A stretch of DNA of 64,000 bases from the NCBI GenBank assembly GCA_973851085.1, contig OZ316776.1:7626001-7690000 (forward strand), in the 5' to 3' direction. Position 1 is the stretch's first letter. Every line of letters starts with the position of its first letter. Source of the DNA: Ptychomitrium polyphyllum (taxonomy: Eukaryota). The position numbers and the translations under genes were made by a program. Of this stretch, positions 1 to 10,979 are shown in pieces. Under the pieces are notes generated by a model. It was not told the origin of the DNA. It made no database searches and worked only from the letters and a program-made list of their open reading frames with translations.

Positions 1-249
1 ATGTATTTCATCTATTCGTTCCAGATTTGATTGGGTCAAACCATCAAAACATGTATACCTCAGAATGTATCTTTCTCAGACTTTCTGAAATGACACATAT
101 TCTGAGTTTTGTGTGAATGACAGTTAACAGGGAGATCTTAGCTGAGAGAGCGTTAACTTGATTTGGTTTGTTCAGAGATTTAGGGGACACATCTATGTTT
201 GGAAATGCCAGAGGAATGTTGAGTCATTCTAACATTGTGACTGTAGCAT

Positions 250-332
250 GCCATAAAGTTGGGTAATTATATTTCGCCATAAGGTTGGGTAATTATATTT
301 CGCCATAAGGTTGGGTAATTATATTTCGCCAT
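250..332. repeat. 26-bp tandem repeat, 3.2 copies (gccataaggttgggtaattatatttc)
   Basis: Units at 250-275, 276-301 and 302-327, plus a partial unit; one substitution in the first unit. Confidence 0.95.
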
Positions 333-2066
333 GAAATCTCCAAGTGGCGCATCTAGGAGAATCGTCGTCTCGGGTATCAAGGCAGACCGGGAAAGCTTTG
401 TACAATCGAGAGGCAGAGAACTGTGATCTTGATCTCGCCATTCTGCATTGCTATCTCTGCAAAGAAACTCTTCGCCCTTCCGTGTATCAGGTCATACTTT
501 ACTCCTGTCTTGAGGTCTTGTATGCGGATCAATACAATGCTTGTATGGAGATTTTGCAGTCGTTGAAACGATGATCGGCCTTGTAATTTTTTGAGTCAAG
601 CTGGTATTGGATCTGCAATGTGTGGAACAATTATAGGCGGCCTGAAACACTACAGAGCGAAGTCTACGTTTCTGAGTACATCTCTCAAGTGAATCATTAT
701 ATCATTGCTTGTGTGTTAATGATTACATCTCACAATAACATGTATTTTGCTTCACTTGTTATTTTCAGGGACGGTCGGGTAAAAAATATGTAAACGTGAT
801 CGAAAAGTGCCTGCTCACGATTTCTGAAATGACAAATATCTAAACGACATATGAACGTGGCTAACAATCCAGAGATCTTAGCTACTATTTCACTAGAGTT
901 TGGTTTGTTTCCAAGTTTAAGGAACTCGTCACACCATGGGGTGCGTGCTGATTACCGGTACATAGCCATTCTAGCAGTGTGGAGATAGCAAAACACATTG
1001 CAAGCTTGGGCAGATCATTTCCCCTCATTCTGATAACAGAGTTGGAGGCTGGGGTAGGATATATTCACTGGTAATGAGGGGATGATCACACAAGCAATTG
1101 TGGCTCTGAATACAACAATACGGTTGAGGTTGGATATGCAATTAGCCTCAAAATACACCTACATGACAAACGAATCTAATACTAGTTGGTGAAGGTGAGA
1201 AGACGTACATTACAGCTGCAACTGCGTGTCCGTAGAGTGCTACAGTTGTCACGGAGCATAATTTTGAGACAAAGGGGTCAATGATCTCACAATCTGGCAT
1301 TGCACAGTGAACATTCTAACCCCTAAAGGCCTGGCCCTATGGCCGTGGAGTCAAACTACAATTTTGTATTCATCTAAATGGTTCATATTGTCACCATAAA
1401 TTGGTGACATTGTTAATCTTTTATTTTTCCAAGATGAATGAACATGTTAAGGACAAGTCATATATGGAGAATATTGTGGTAAATGAAAGAAATTTGTTTT
1501 TGCAATATTAAAAATTAGTTAAACCATAGTAATAGGTGTTGGATTTGTAATTGCGTCAAAACACTCAATTTTGGGAATTTTTAAAAGAATATAAAAAGAA
1601 ATGGAGATTAATGTTTGTAAATTTTATCTTGTTAGGTAGGTTTAGATGAATTTTTAAAAATATAGATGGCTAAACTTGAAATTTCAATAAGAAAGAGATT
1701 TAATAAGATTGAGCAAAAAATATACATAGTTTTATAACCTATCATGTTTTTTGAACATAATTTATAATCTATTACTATGTACCAATTATTGATTTCATTG
1801 ATATTACAATAATTTTGAACAAGCATGTCATAAATGCAATAATTTTCTTCAAGCGTTAAATATCATATTTATGACATACTTGTCCAAATATTAAATTATA
1901 GCAATGATTCAATATTTGCATAAAGTATCCTTCAATATGCAATAAGTACTTCTTAATCAAGGTTTGTTTAGTTTTCAAATCTATGTTACATACCAATTAG
2001 TAATGACAAACAAATTTTATTATTAAAATTAATTTTCTAGCATCATTCATGGAATTTTATTATCCA

Positions 2067-2320
2067 TGTCACAGACATACATATTAGAAGCCTCTAAAAA
2101 GTTAAGAAGAAAGATAAGAAGGCCAAGGAAGCTTCCAAAGAAGTTATTTTGGTTAAAAAAACTTCCAATAAAGCAACCTAAGATTGCTTGAGCACAAAGC
2201 ATTGAATTAGAAACTTTTCAATAAACTTTTGAGGCTTGTAGAATTAATATATATAAGAATCAAGGCTAAAGAGATCTTCAATCTTAACAATGCATTTCTT
2301 GTAGTCTAACTTTGATTTCT
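2067..2320 (+). mobile_element. Truncated, degenerate gypsy-type LTR fragment (second family, same as 41802-42201)
   Basis: Starts TGTCACAGACATACATATTAGAAGC and is colinear with the reverse complement of the LTR at 41802-42201 (shared ggaagcttccaaa, aaggctaaagagatct and cttgtagtctaa). The 3' end is missing. Confidence 0.75.
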
Positions 2321-2364
2321 CTGTACTCTCTTGGTTTAATTCCAACCTCCTAGTCCTGTTTCTA

Positions 2365-2438
2365 TGCTCTCAACAGGAATTGAACCTGCAAATTCGCCAA
2401 TTATGAGTTGAGTGCTTTAACCATTCAGTTATATGTGC
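2365..2438 (-). pseudogene. trnI-CAU: Degenerate plastid trnI-CAU copy (NUPT)
   Basis: Reverse complement is gcacatataactgaatggttaaagcactcaactcataattggcgaatttgcaggttcaattcctgttgagagca (74 nt). It has a CAT anticodon loop and matches the plastid trnI-CAU pattern, but the acceptor and anticodon stems are mispaired. Confidence 0.88.
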
Positions 2439-2609
2439 TACTTCTTTTTATAAATTTTATCAAATTTTTTTTAATAATTTTTTTATAAATATATATTATA
2501 AAATTTTTAAATTAAAAAAAATACTAATATTTTATTTATTTTTTATAATATTTTATCTCAAATATTTATGAAATTATTTAAATATAAATTTTTTTGAAGT
2601 TAATTAATA

Positions 2610-2692
2610 ATATGATTCACAAAGATTCCTAAAAACATAGAAGCAATTATGCAAATAATTATAGTAACTTCAATTGAATTTTTTGATAATAG
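2610..2692 (-). pseudogene. ndhB: Plastid ndhB 3' fragment (NUPT)
   Basis: Minus strand reads LLSKNSIEVTIIICIIASMFLGIFVNH, resembling the NdhB C-terminal helix (NSIE..I.C.IAS...GI..NP). Confidence 0.75.
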
Positions 2693-2696
2693 AAAA

Positions 2697-2735
2697 CGTT
2701 TTTTTCCAGATGCTTTAATTCTTCCTTTTCTCTAA
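2697..2735 (+). pseudogene. psaJ: Plastid psaJ 3' fragment (NUPT)
   Basis: Reads RFFPDALILPFL-stop, the diagnostic PsaJ C-terminus, followed by an AT-rich plastid-like spacer. Confidence 0.8.
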
Positions 2736-2989
2736 ATAAAATAAATTTTATATAAAAAATAAAGTTTTACATTTAGAAATAATAATAATTTTTTTAATAC
2801 TTTGTATAGTCTCTAATAAATTATTAAGTGTTCTTTTAATGGCTGCAGGACCTACACAATGTCTTTTTTAGAAAATATAAATAAATTTCAAAATCCTTTT
2901 TGTTGTTATAGTTCTTTGCTTCTGATATACCTTAAAAATACTTTATTCCATGTCTTGAAGTCATGAATTCTTGCCTTGTCTTTCCATGT

Positions 2990-3510
2990 TATAAATCCTA
3001 TTCATAATAGTTCATTGATATTTAAATTGGTACTTATTTTGGTATTAGTAAAATTTTCAAATGTATAAAATATTTAATTCTAATTTTAGATTTGTAGAGA
3101 TGTATATATCCATATGATTATAGATGCATATTTATGTGGTAGTCCAATATATACTTGTATGTAATATTATAATATATGATTAAAAAATAACTTATTAGAC
3201 TCTCAAATATGAATGAGTATTTTAATGAATCAAGTGTAATTCTATGCTCACGTATATTATCTATTGCTTATAAAGAAATAAATTTTATGGTTGAAATATT
3301 ATAATATTTTGTTAATTGTAAATGCTAATTTATATTTATGTTTTGAAATTTATAAATGAAGTTCATACAAGTCTATTTTAGATGCATATCTACAATACTT
3401 TAAAGATTTAAGAGACTATTAAGTGGCATTACCTATCTCAAAAAATCATAGGTATAATTTTGTATAGTATTGATCAAAAAATTTCATTCTAATCTTCATA
3501 CAATTCTTGA
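2990..3510 (+). mobile_element. Heavily decayed Ty1/copia RT-RNaseH remnant
   Basis: Broken frames give SSLIF, GISKIFKCI, a DA-Y-G-like motif, IFVNCK and TIKWHYLSQK in the order expected for copia GSLxY / VSxLSQ / DADW / CDN / DIKYHF motifs. Very AT-eroded. Confidence 0.35.
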
Positions 3511-4376
3511 TTTTTGAGAAGTTAAATCATAACATTATTAACATAATATTAATGAGAATTTATTAAAAACATAGCAAGTAAAATATGATTTTACTAATGT
3601 AGATTTGAAGATTTAACATTAGAAATATAATATTGAAGATGTTGTATTCTAAATATAGCATTGAATATATAAAAAAAATATATAGTCTTAACATCAACAG
3701 CATTGCATGTAACTAAATTACACTAAACTATTCTTTCATGAGATTGCTAATAGTGCTACTTGTTCCCATTCTGTTATTTCTTCCTCCACTATTTTTTGCT
3801 TTAAACATACATTTTTCTCTAGTAAGATCTATTATTCTCGGTATAAGGTTTAGAAGATGAACTACTTCTAAATTCAAGTTTTAAATTTATAAATTCATAG
3901 TCCAAAAAATGTGTCTAAATATAAAATATTTATTAGTTAAATAATTCATAGATTATCAAAATTAAATTAACTACAAGCATTCAATACATTCATATAAAAA
4001 ATACATATTAAAATTGTATGCATGTCTATAACAATTATTTCATCTCCAAATCTTAAAATTAGCCACGTTGTAATAATTGAAAGACCAAAATTGAAGACAA
4101 AGCTACAAAAATGAGAAGCCTATAATAGGTGATTATACTAAAGGCTTGCACATGCCTAGACAAGCTTGGTGCAAGCCCTACCTATACTTGCGGTTGATCT
4201 AAAGAGGCTTGTGCAAGTTTCAAATTGGCCCATGTATGCATAAGCATGGAATAGGCTTACACGTTATTTGAATAGGTGCGGGCCTAATATGGTCACACAT
4301 GTACTTATTCCTTTATAACACATGCACATGATGGATTTGTTGTTGCAATAGAGAGTGTACAAGCTTGCGCCAAAGA

Positions 4377-4949
4377 TGTCACGGACAAAGATCATATAAC
4401 ATAGTCCTTAGAACATTCTAGAACCTTCTAGTATACTATAATAGCTTCTTAGAATACTTTTAGATGTCTCCATAGTCTTTTCCATGTTCTTAGAAAGCTT
4501 CCTAGGAAAGTCCCTCCACCTTAGGAAACTTCCTACGAAGATTCCATCACCTTAGAAAACTCCTTAGGAAGGTTCCATCATTTTAGGAAACTTCTTAGGA
4601 AGATTCGACCTCTTTAGGAAACTTCCAATGAAGGTTCCAATTCCTTGGAAGCTTCTTAGGAAGGTTCCAACATCTTAGGAAACTGCTTGGGAAGGTTCCT
4701 TAGACTTCTAGAACATTCTTAAGCCTTGTAGGAAGCTTCTTTAGAAGTATCCTAGGAGATACAAACGTCATAGTATAAATAGGAGGCAAGACAAGGTATT
4801 CTTTAGTCTTGCCAACACAAGTTGTGGATCATCTTGAATCCTGCCTTGTTCTAGTCTTTGTATCAAAGTTCTTGTTAATCATTAGTTCTTTGGAAGCTAA
4901 TTCTTGGGAAACACTTTGTTTCTGCTTCTTGTTTCTTGTGTCCCTAATA
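4377..4949 (+). repeat. 5' LTR (573 bp)
   Basis: Starts TG and ends TA (CA in the 3' copy). Contains a ~31-bp tandem array and TATAAATA at 4774-4781. Confidence 0.95.
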
Positions 4950-4951
4950 GT

Positions 4952-4962
4952 TTGGCAAGACT
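4952..4962 (+). promoter_or_regulatory. Primer-binding site of self-priming type
   Basis: TTGGCAAGACT, 2 nt after the LTR, is the exact reverse complement of AGTCTTGCCAA at 4805-4815 (about 24 nt downstream of the TATA box). It is not the TGGTATCA tRNA-Met type. Confidence 0.8.
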
Positions 4963-5184
4963 GCACTTCAACTTTGTCAGAGCTAAGGTTCTTTGAAGAA
5001 GATTGTGGATTACCCATCTTCTTGAGGATTCCATAGAGTCTTAGAGGTTGCGGATTACCCTCCTTTAAGCTAGCACCATAGAGTTGGTTTCTCCTTCTAG
5101 AACTAAGTATTACTCTTTCAAAGGATGTGGATTTTCCTCCTTTGAAAGAACTCATAGTCTTTCTGTTTTTGAGAGTCTTAAGAA

Positions 5185-6204
5185 ATGGATAATGTGCTTG
5201 GAACATCAGAGAATAGGTTTGCAACTATTGCAGATCTCAAAGAATTATTAAACACAGTTCAAACGGAACTCGCCCGTTTTAATACCACCAACAATTTGGA
5301 GCAACATACTCGGCAAATTGAAGAATCCAATGGTGATATTCAAAGCCTATATCAAGAGGTTGTTCAATTGCGAGAGGCCAATATTGGAAGGGAAGGCTTA
5401 CGTCAAACCCATGCAGAGCCACAGATTAGCATGCCAGACAAGTTCAATGGATCAAGATCAAATTTGAGAGGCTTTGTTCAACAAGTAAGACTCTTCCTTA
5501 GTTTGCATCAATCTTGCTATCCTGATGGCACAACTTAAGTGGGATTTGTGGCCACTCTCTTATCAAACAATGCACTATCGTGGTTTGCACCATTAATGGA
5601 GAAGCAGTAACCATTATTGAATAACTTAGATGCTTTTATAGAAGCATTGACATCTACTTTTGGAGACACTGACCGAGAGAGAGTGGCTGAAACAAGGATC
5701 CAGAGTCTCCAACAAGGACAACGCTCAACTGCTACATATGCTGTAGAATTTTGACAATTAGCTTGCGACCTTGATTGGAATGATAAAGCCTTGGTTACAT
5801 GATTTTGATGGGATTTAAGAGAGAATGTAAAGGACTTACTATTCACAATGCCAAGAGTTGAAACATTGGACGAATTCATCACTCAAGCAATAGCATGTGA
5901 CAACAGACTATTTGAGAGGCGCCAAGAACAACGCTTGAGATGGCGACGAATACATCAAAGCATGGTTATCATTTCTTCAAGAATATTGGAAAGCCGACCA
6001 CAAGGACCAGTACCTATGCAAATTGATGTTGCCTAGTTCAAACGTTTGATTCCAGAAGAAAAAGAAAGGCGTCAAAGAGAAAACCTTTGCTTGTATTGTG
6101 GCAAGTTTGGACATAAAGTGCGCAATTGCCAAATCAAAGGATCTGCCTTTAAGGCTCAAAGCACAATGGTGGAGTCGGAAAACAAGGTTGTCCAGTCACA
6201 GTAG
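5185..6204 (+). pseudogene. gag: gag pseudogene (retrotransposon gag plus CCHC zinc knuckle)
   Basis: Contains PDKFNGSRSNLRGF and PMQID, plus CLYCGKFGHKVRNC at 6088-6129. Single frame with several premature stops, ending at TAG 6202-6204. Confidence 0.92.
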
Positions 6205-6255
6205 GGACCATGTGACTGGACACCACAAGGAAACCACCATCAAATCAAGGTCTCT
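6177..6255 (+). promoter_or_regulatory. Putative -1 programmed ribosomal frameshift signal (slippery site plus pseudoknot)
   Basis: G GAA AAC at 6177-6183; a 12-bp stem 6189-6200/6211-6222; loop AGGGACC can pair with GGTCTCT at 6249-6255. pol lies in the -1 frame. Confidence 0.7.
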
Positions 6256-9200
6256 TATTACCTTCAAGTCCTACCTCTTATTTTACATTTCCTATCAAAA
6301 TTAAATTGTTAGATGATGAAATAATTAGTGAGGCTCTCTTAGACACTGGTGCAACAGCATGTTTTATGGACAAGGATTTTGCAACCAAACATCACATGGT
6401 GCTTGTAAAGAAAAAATATCCCGTACTTGTTGAAGTTATTGATGGACGATCTCTTGCGTCTGGCAACGTTATTGAAGAAACTCAACCCTTGGAGGTTGTT
6501 TTAAGAGACCAGGCATCTAAAATTGTCTTCAACATCATTCAATGCCGAACAAACCCTATTGTTTTGGACCTTCCTTGATTTGAATTACATAATTCAGACA
6601 TTGACTGGCGTTCACGGAGTGTGGTTTCAAGGAAAAGACGCCAAAGTATGAGAAATCTTGAACCATCATTTATTGGAGCTAAGGCATTTATGAGAGCAGC
6701 AAAGAATGAACCAATCTATGCCATTTATGCCACGCCAATGTCTAGCTCTAGGATAGAGACTTATCAAAACATACCTCGTCAATATCAAGATTATAAAGAC
6801 GTTTTGAGAAGAAAAATGCGGACATGTTATTAAAGCACCGGCCTTACAATTGTACCATTGAGTTACAAGAAGGAGCCCAACTGTCGCAACCCTTGCAATG
6901 CACCTTAGCAAGCGTCACGCGCGTCAATCCTGTACACCTCCACATGCACATGGTTAACCCCTATTCTCACTTTTCAAGTCTTTCTACCATTTCTTTTAGG
7001 ACACCCAATTTATTAGTAGCCAATGGTTAGGTGCGGACTTCCATTCATGTCCAAGGCCTCATTTGGTGATACTCCCATTCCACACGGCCTAACCGCACTT
7101 AGTGGTGTCTCCTCACCACCACTCATGATGCCCAAGTGATCCTAAGATCACCTCGGGCCATCATGGTGCCGGCGTGAAGACACCACCTCAATTTAGTGGT
7201 AACAAGCGTATCCTTTTGAACGTGCTAGTTCACTTTGTGAAACCGGCCGTCCACCGGCTCACAATGGTGTGGGAATCCCCGTGGTGAAGCCCCAACACTA
7301 GCTCCACCAACCGGGACTCACCCTTGGTCTCTACCGGGACACTAGGGGAGTGGGGAGGGGGACCAGCCCTCCCTTATAGTACTCTCTCTGGGATTCGGCA
7401 GGCCCCCTGGCCCTCTAGAGCTAGCTGAACCCCGACACACCTAGAATTTTGGAAGACCACCCGATCCCCCTTGGGATTTAGCCGCTGGAAGCCTCCGGGA
7501 CTCCCAGCGGACCTTCAGGGTGCCATATCTTCCTCATCCGGTGCCCGAATGTATCAAATGACCACTCTATCGTCATCTACTCTTTGCGTAGATGCCGATA
7601 GACTCCTCAAACGTCCGATTTGAGTTAGTATTGTGGGAGATACGCCTCTCCCAAGGTTCGGGACTCCCGGGGAGTCCCTCCCTGGACTGTTCCACTCCAG
7701 CACAGTCACTGTGTAGGGCTGCCACACTTCAGAACAGCCCCTTGGCAACCCCAACATTGGGGTGCCATAACTTTTAGCTCCCATGTCCGATTTGGGCAAT
7801 CCTTAGCATTCTAGAATCAGCTCTTCGTGATTCATCCAATGCCCCTGATCTTTCCCTCGTGGCCCTCGGTCTACATGGGCAAGGATGTTTCACCCCCTAG
7901 GGGTCCTTCCCATGTTAGGCCCACTCAGTTCTCCTCACTATCGGCGCCACAAGTCCCGGACGTCACTTCGGGGTCCCCCTTGTGCCCTTAGTGTTGTGGG
8001 CACTCCTCAGGGCGAGGTGCGCGACACCAACCACCTTTTGGACCTATTTATAACTTATTACAAACTGAGTTGGCAACCTTGAGAGAATATATTGATGAAA
8101 ACCTTGGAAAGGGTTTCATTCAACACTCTAAGTTACTTGCTCAAGCACCCATTCCATTTATAAAGAAGAAAGATGGATCATTACGTATGTGCGTGGACTA
8201 TCGAGGCCTCAATAAAGTAACAAAAAAGAATTGCTATCCATTACCATTAATCTCAGGACTCCTACAACAACTGGGCCAAGCAAAGATATTTACCAAAATT
8301 GATCTTAGAGGAGCCTACAATCTTGTACGCATCAAAGAAAGAGACGCATGGAAGACAAATTTTTGATCTAGGTATGGTCATTTTGAATACAATGTCATGC
8401 CTTTTGGCCTTACTAATGCTCCCGCAATCTTTCAACATATGATGAATGATATCTTCCATGAACACCTGGATGATTTTATAGTCATCTACTTAGATGATAT
8501 TTTGATATATTCAAAAGATGAACAAGACCACAAATGTCATGTGCGACTGGTCTTAGAAAAACTACGCCAGCGAGGATTATATGCCAAATTAGAGAAGTGC
8601 CTTTTCCATGAATCCTTGGTTGAATTTTTAGGCTACATCATTTCCAAAGGAGGAATCCATATGGATAAGAAAAAAATAAGCACTGTCATGGAGTGGAGTA
8701 TGCTAAGATTAATTCAAGATGTTCAATGCTTCTTGAGATTTGCAAACTTCTACAAAATATTCATCAAGAATTATTCCAAGATTGCGGCACTATTAACACG
8801 TCTTACAGGGAATCAAAAGTTCATTTGGGATGAAGAGGCGGAAAAAGAATTTCAAGGTCTTAATAAGTCATTCACGTTGGTTCCAATTCTTATTCATCCA
8901 AATCCATCAAAGCCTTTTTGTTTAGAAGTAGATGCCTCAGATTTTGCGCTTGGCTCAGTACTCTCACAATATGATGAAGACGAGAGACTTCACCCTCTTG
9001 CTTTTTGTTTAAGGAAGTTCTCAGCAGCAGAGATCAACTATGATATACATGATAAATAAACTACTTGCAATTGTGGATGCGTTTGAAGAATGGCGACATT
9101 TATTGGAAGGAGCTCAATATACCATCACAATATACACAGACCACAAAAACTTGGAGTATTTCATGAATGCGTGCATTTTGAATTGCCGTCAAGCAAGGTG

Positions 9201-10839
9201 GAGTATGTTGCTTTCCAGATTTGACTTTGTCATTACCTATCAATCTGGTAGCTTGCAAGGTAAGCCAGATGCCTTATCTCGAAGATCTTATTTAGCTCCT
9301 CAATCTGGAGATGATGGTTTGAATCAACAAAAGACTCTTTTATTAAAGCCTGAGAATCTTCAATTGAAAACAGCCATTATTACGACAACATTCCATTTTG
9401 ATAAAATTTGGAAGGCTTTGCAGAATGATGTTTTTGTTTCAAATATAAAGAAGCGCCTCAAAAACAATGGAAATCCTTTAAATAGCGATGAGGATTTTGA
9501 ATTCCAAGAGGGCCTACTTTATTATAAAGGACTTTTATACCTACCTCCAGGCCCTTTGCAGTTGAAGATCCTTCAAGCACGTCATGATTTTCCAGCAGCA
9601 GGACATTTTGGATTCAATAAAACAATGGAGTTGATTGCAAGAGACTATTGGTGGCCACAAATGTGGAAGTACGTAAAAGATTTTGTTCGATCATGCGACA
9701 CTTGTGCAAGAGCCAAGGTACCAAGGCACCAACTTCATGGTCTCCTCCATCTGCTTCTAGTGCCATAGGGCCCATGGTTGTCTTTATCAATGGATTTTAT
9801 CACGGACCTTCCGAACTTTGATTCTAAGGATTCTATTTTGGTAGTGGTAGATCAATTTACCATTTGACACTTTTCATTCCATGCAACAAGACGGTAATGG
9901 AAGAAAAAACTGCCAAGTTATTCCTAAATCACGTCTACCGCATACATGGATTACTGGATGATATTGTATCCGATCGAGGGCCGCAGTTCATTTCCAACTT
10001 TTGGAGGGCTCTATTCCAGCTGTTGCTTGTAAAGATCAATCTTTCTTCAGCACACTATCCGCAAACCGATGGCCAAACCGAACGTGTAAATCAAATTTTG
10101 GAACAGTACGTTCCTTGTAGCATAAACTACCAGCAAGACAATTGGATGGGTCTCGTGCTTTTGGCAAAATATGCTTACAACAATACGGTGCATTTTTCAA
10201 CAACTCAAAGTCCATTCTTTGCAAACTATGGCCATCATCCTCAAACAGATTCATTTCAAGTGAAGCATGTTGGAAGTCCTGCAGCGAAGGATTTTGCAAC
10301 TCAACTTGCTAAAATCCATCAAGAAATTACTTATCAGTTACAATAAGTTCAAGATCGTTACAAAACTTATGCAGATCGCCATCGAAAAGACCATCGAAAG
10401 TTCACGGTTGGAGATAGCGTATGGCTCCTACGACAAAATATACAGACAAAAAGACCATCAAAGAAGTTGGACTATCAAAGGGTGGGACCGTTTAAAATCA
10501 GTAAACAAATAAATCCGGTTAGTTATCGCCTAAAGCTACCACCAAGCATGCAAATTCATCCAGTATTCCACGTATCATTGTTGGAAACCTATAAAAAAAT
10601 CATGTATACTAGAGAGAATTGTCCTTCTGCTTCTTCCATTGGAAATCAATAATGAAATTGAATATGAAGTGGAAGAGATCTTAGATTCACGCATCAAGAA
10701 CGGACGTGTGGAGTACCTTATACATTAGCAAGGATATGGCATCAATGACCGAACATGGGAACCTTCAACGAATGTAACAAATGCATCCGAGAAGGTACGC
10801 GAATTTCATCAAAGATATTCTCAGAAACCAGGTCAATGA
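6180..10839 (+). pseudogene. pol: pol pseudogene (protease, RT, RNase H, integrase, chromodomain), interrupted by a nested LTR
   Basis: Motifs [53 protein letters not shown]...CDTC; SDRGPQF, QTDGQTER; GPFKI; chromodomain EYEVEEILDSR...TWEP at 10660-10839. Many stops and frameshifts. Confidence 0.96.
6882..8026 (-). mobile_element. Nested GC-rich solo LTR (1145 bp) of an unrelated family
   Basis: Termini TGTCGC...GCGACA with a perfect TSD CCAAC (6877-6881 and 8027-8031). Removing it restores the host pol frame [13 protein letters not shown]. Orientation is inferred from TATAAGGG on the minus strand near 7371-7378. Confidence 0.9.
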
Positions 10840-10979
10840 TGATGTGTCATCAGCAGTCGTTAGCTTCACAAAGAAGTTTCTCCTTCATAGACAAATATAA
10901 GAAGGGAAGAGAGATATTCAAACCTCCAATTGTATGCAGCATTATTTCCATGATAGATCATTTCTAGATCCTAGCCAGT

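Noticed and set aside
2365..2438. Functional nuclear tRNA-Met/Ile gene
   Set aside because: Plastid-type sequence with broken acceptor and anticodon stems, embedded among other plastid fragments.
4490..4745. CRISPR-like appearance of the palindromic 31-bp repeats (also the arrays at 42493 and 50714)
   Set aside because: Units are head-to-tail without unique spacers, there are no cas genes, and the context is eukaryotic.
4829..5224. 131-aa antisense ORF over the 5' LTR and leader
   Set aside because: Overlaps non-coding LTR sequence, and the frame is not kept intact in the solo LTR copy.
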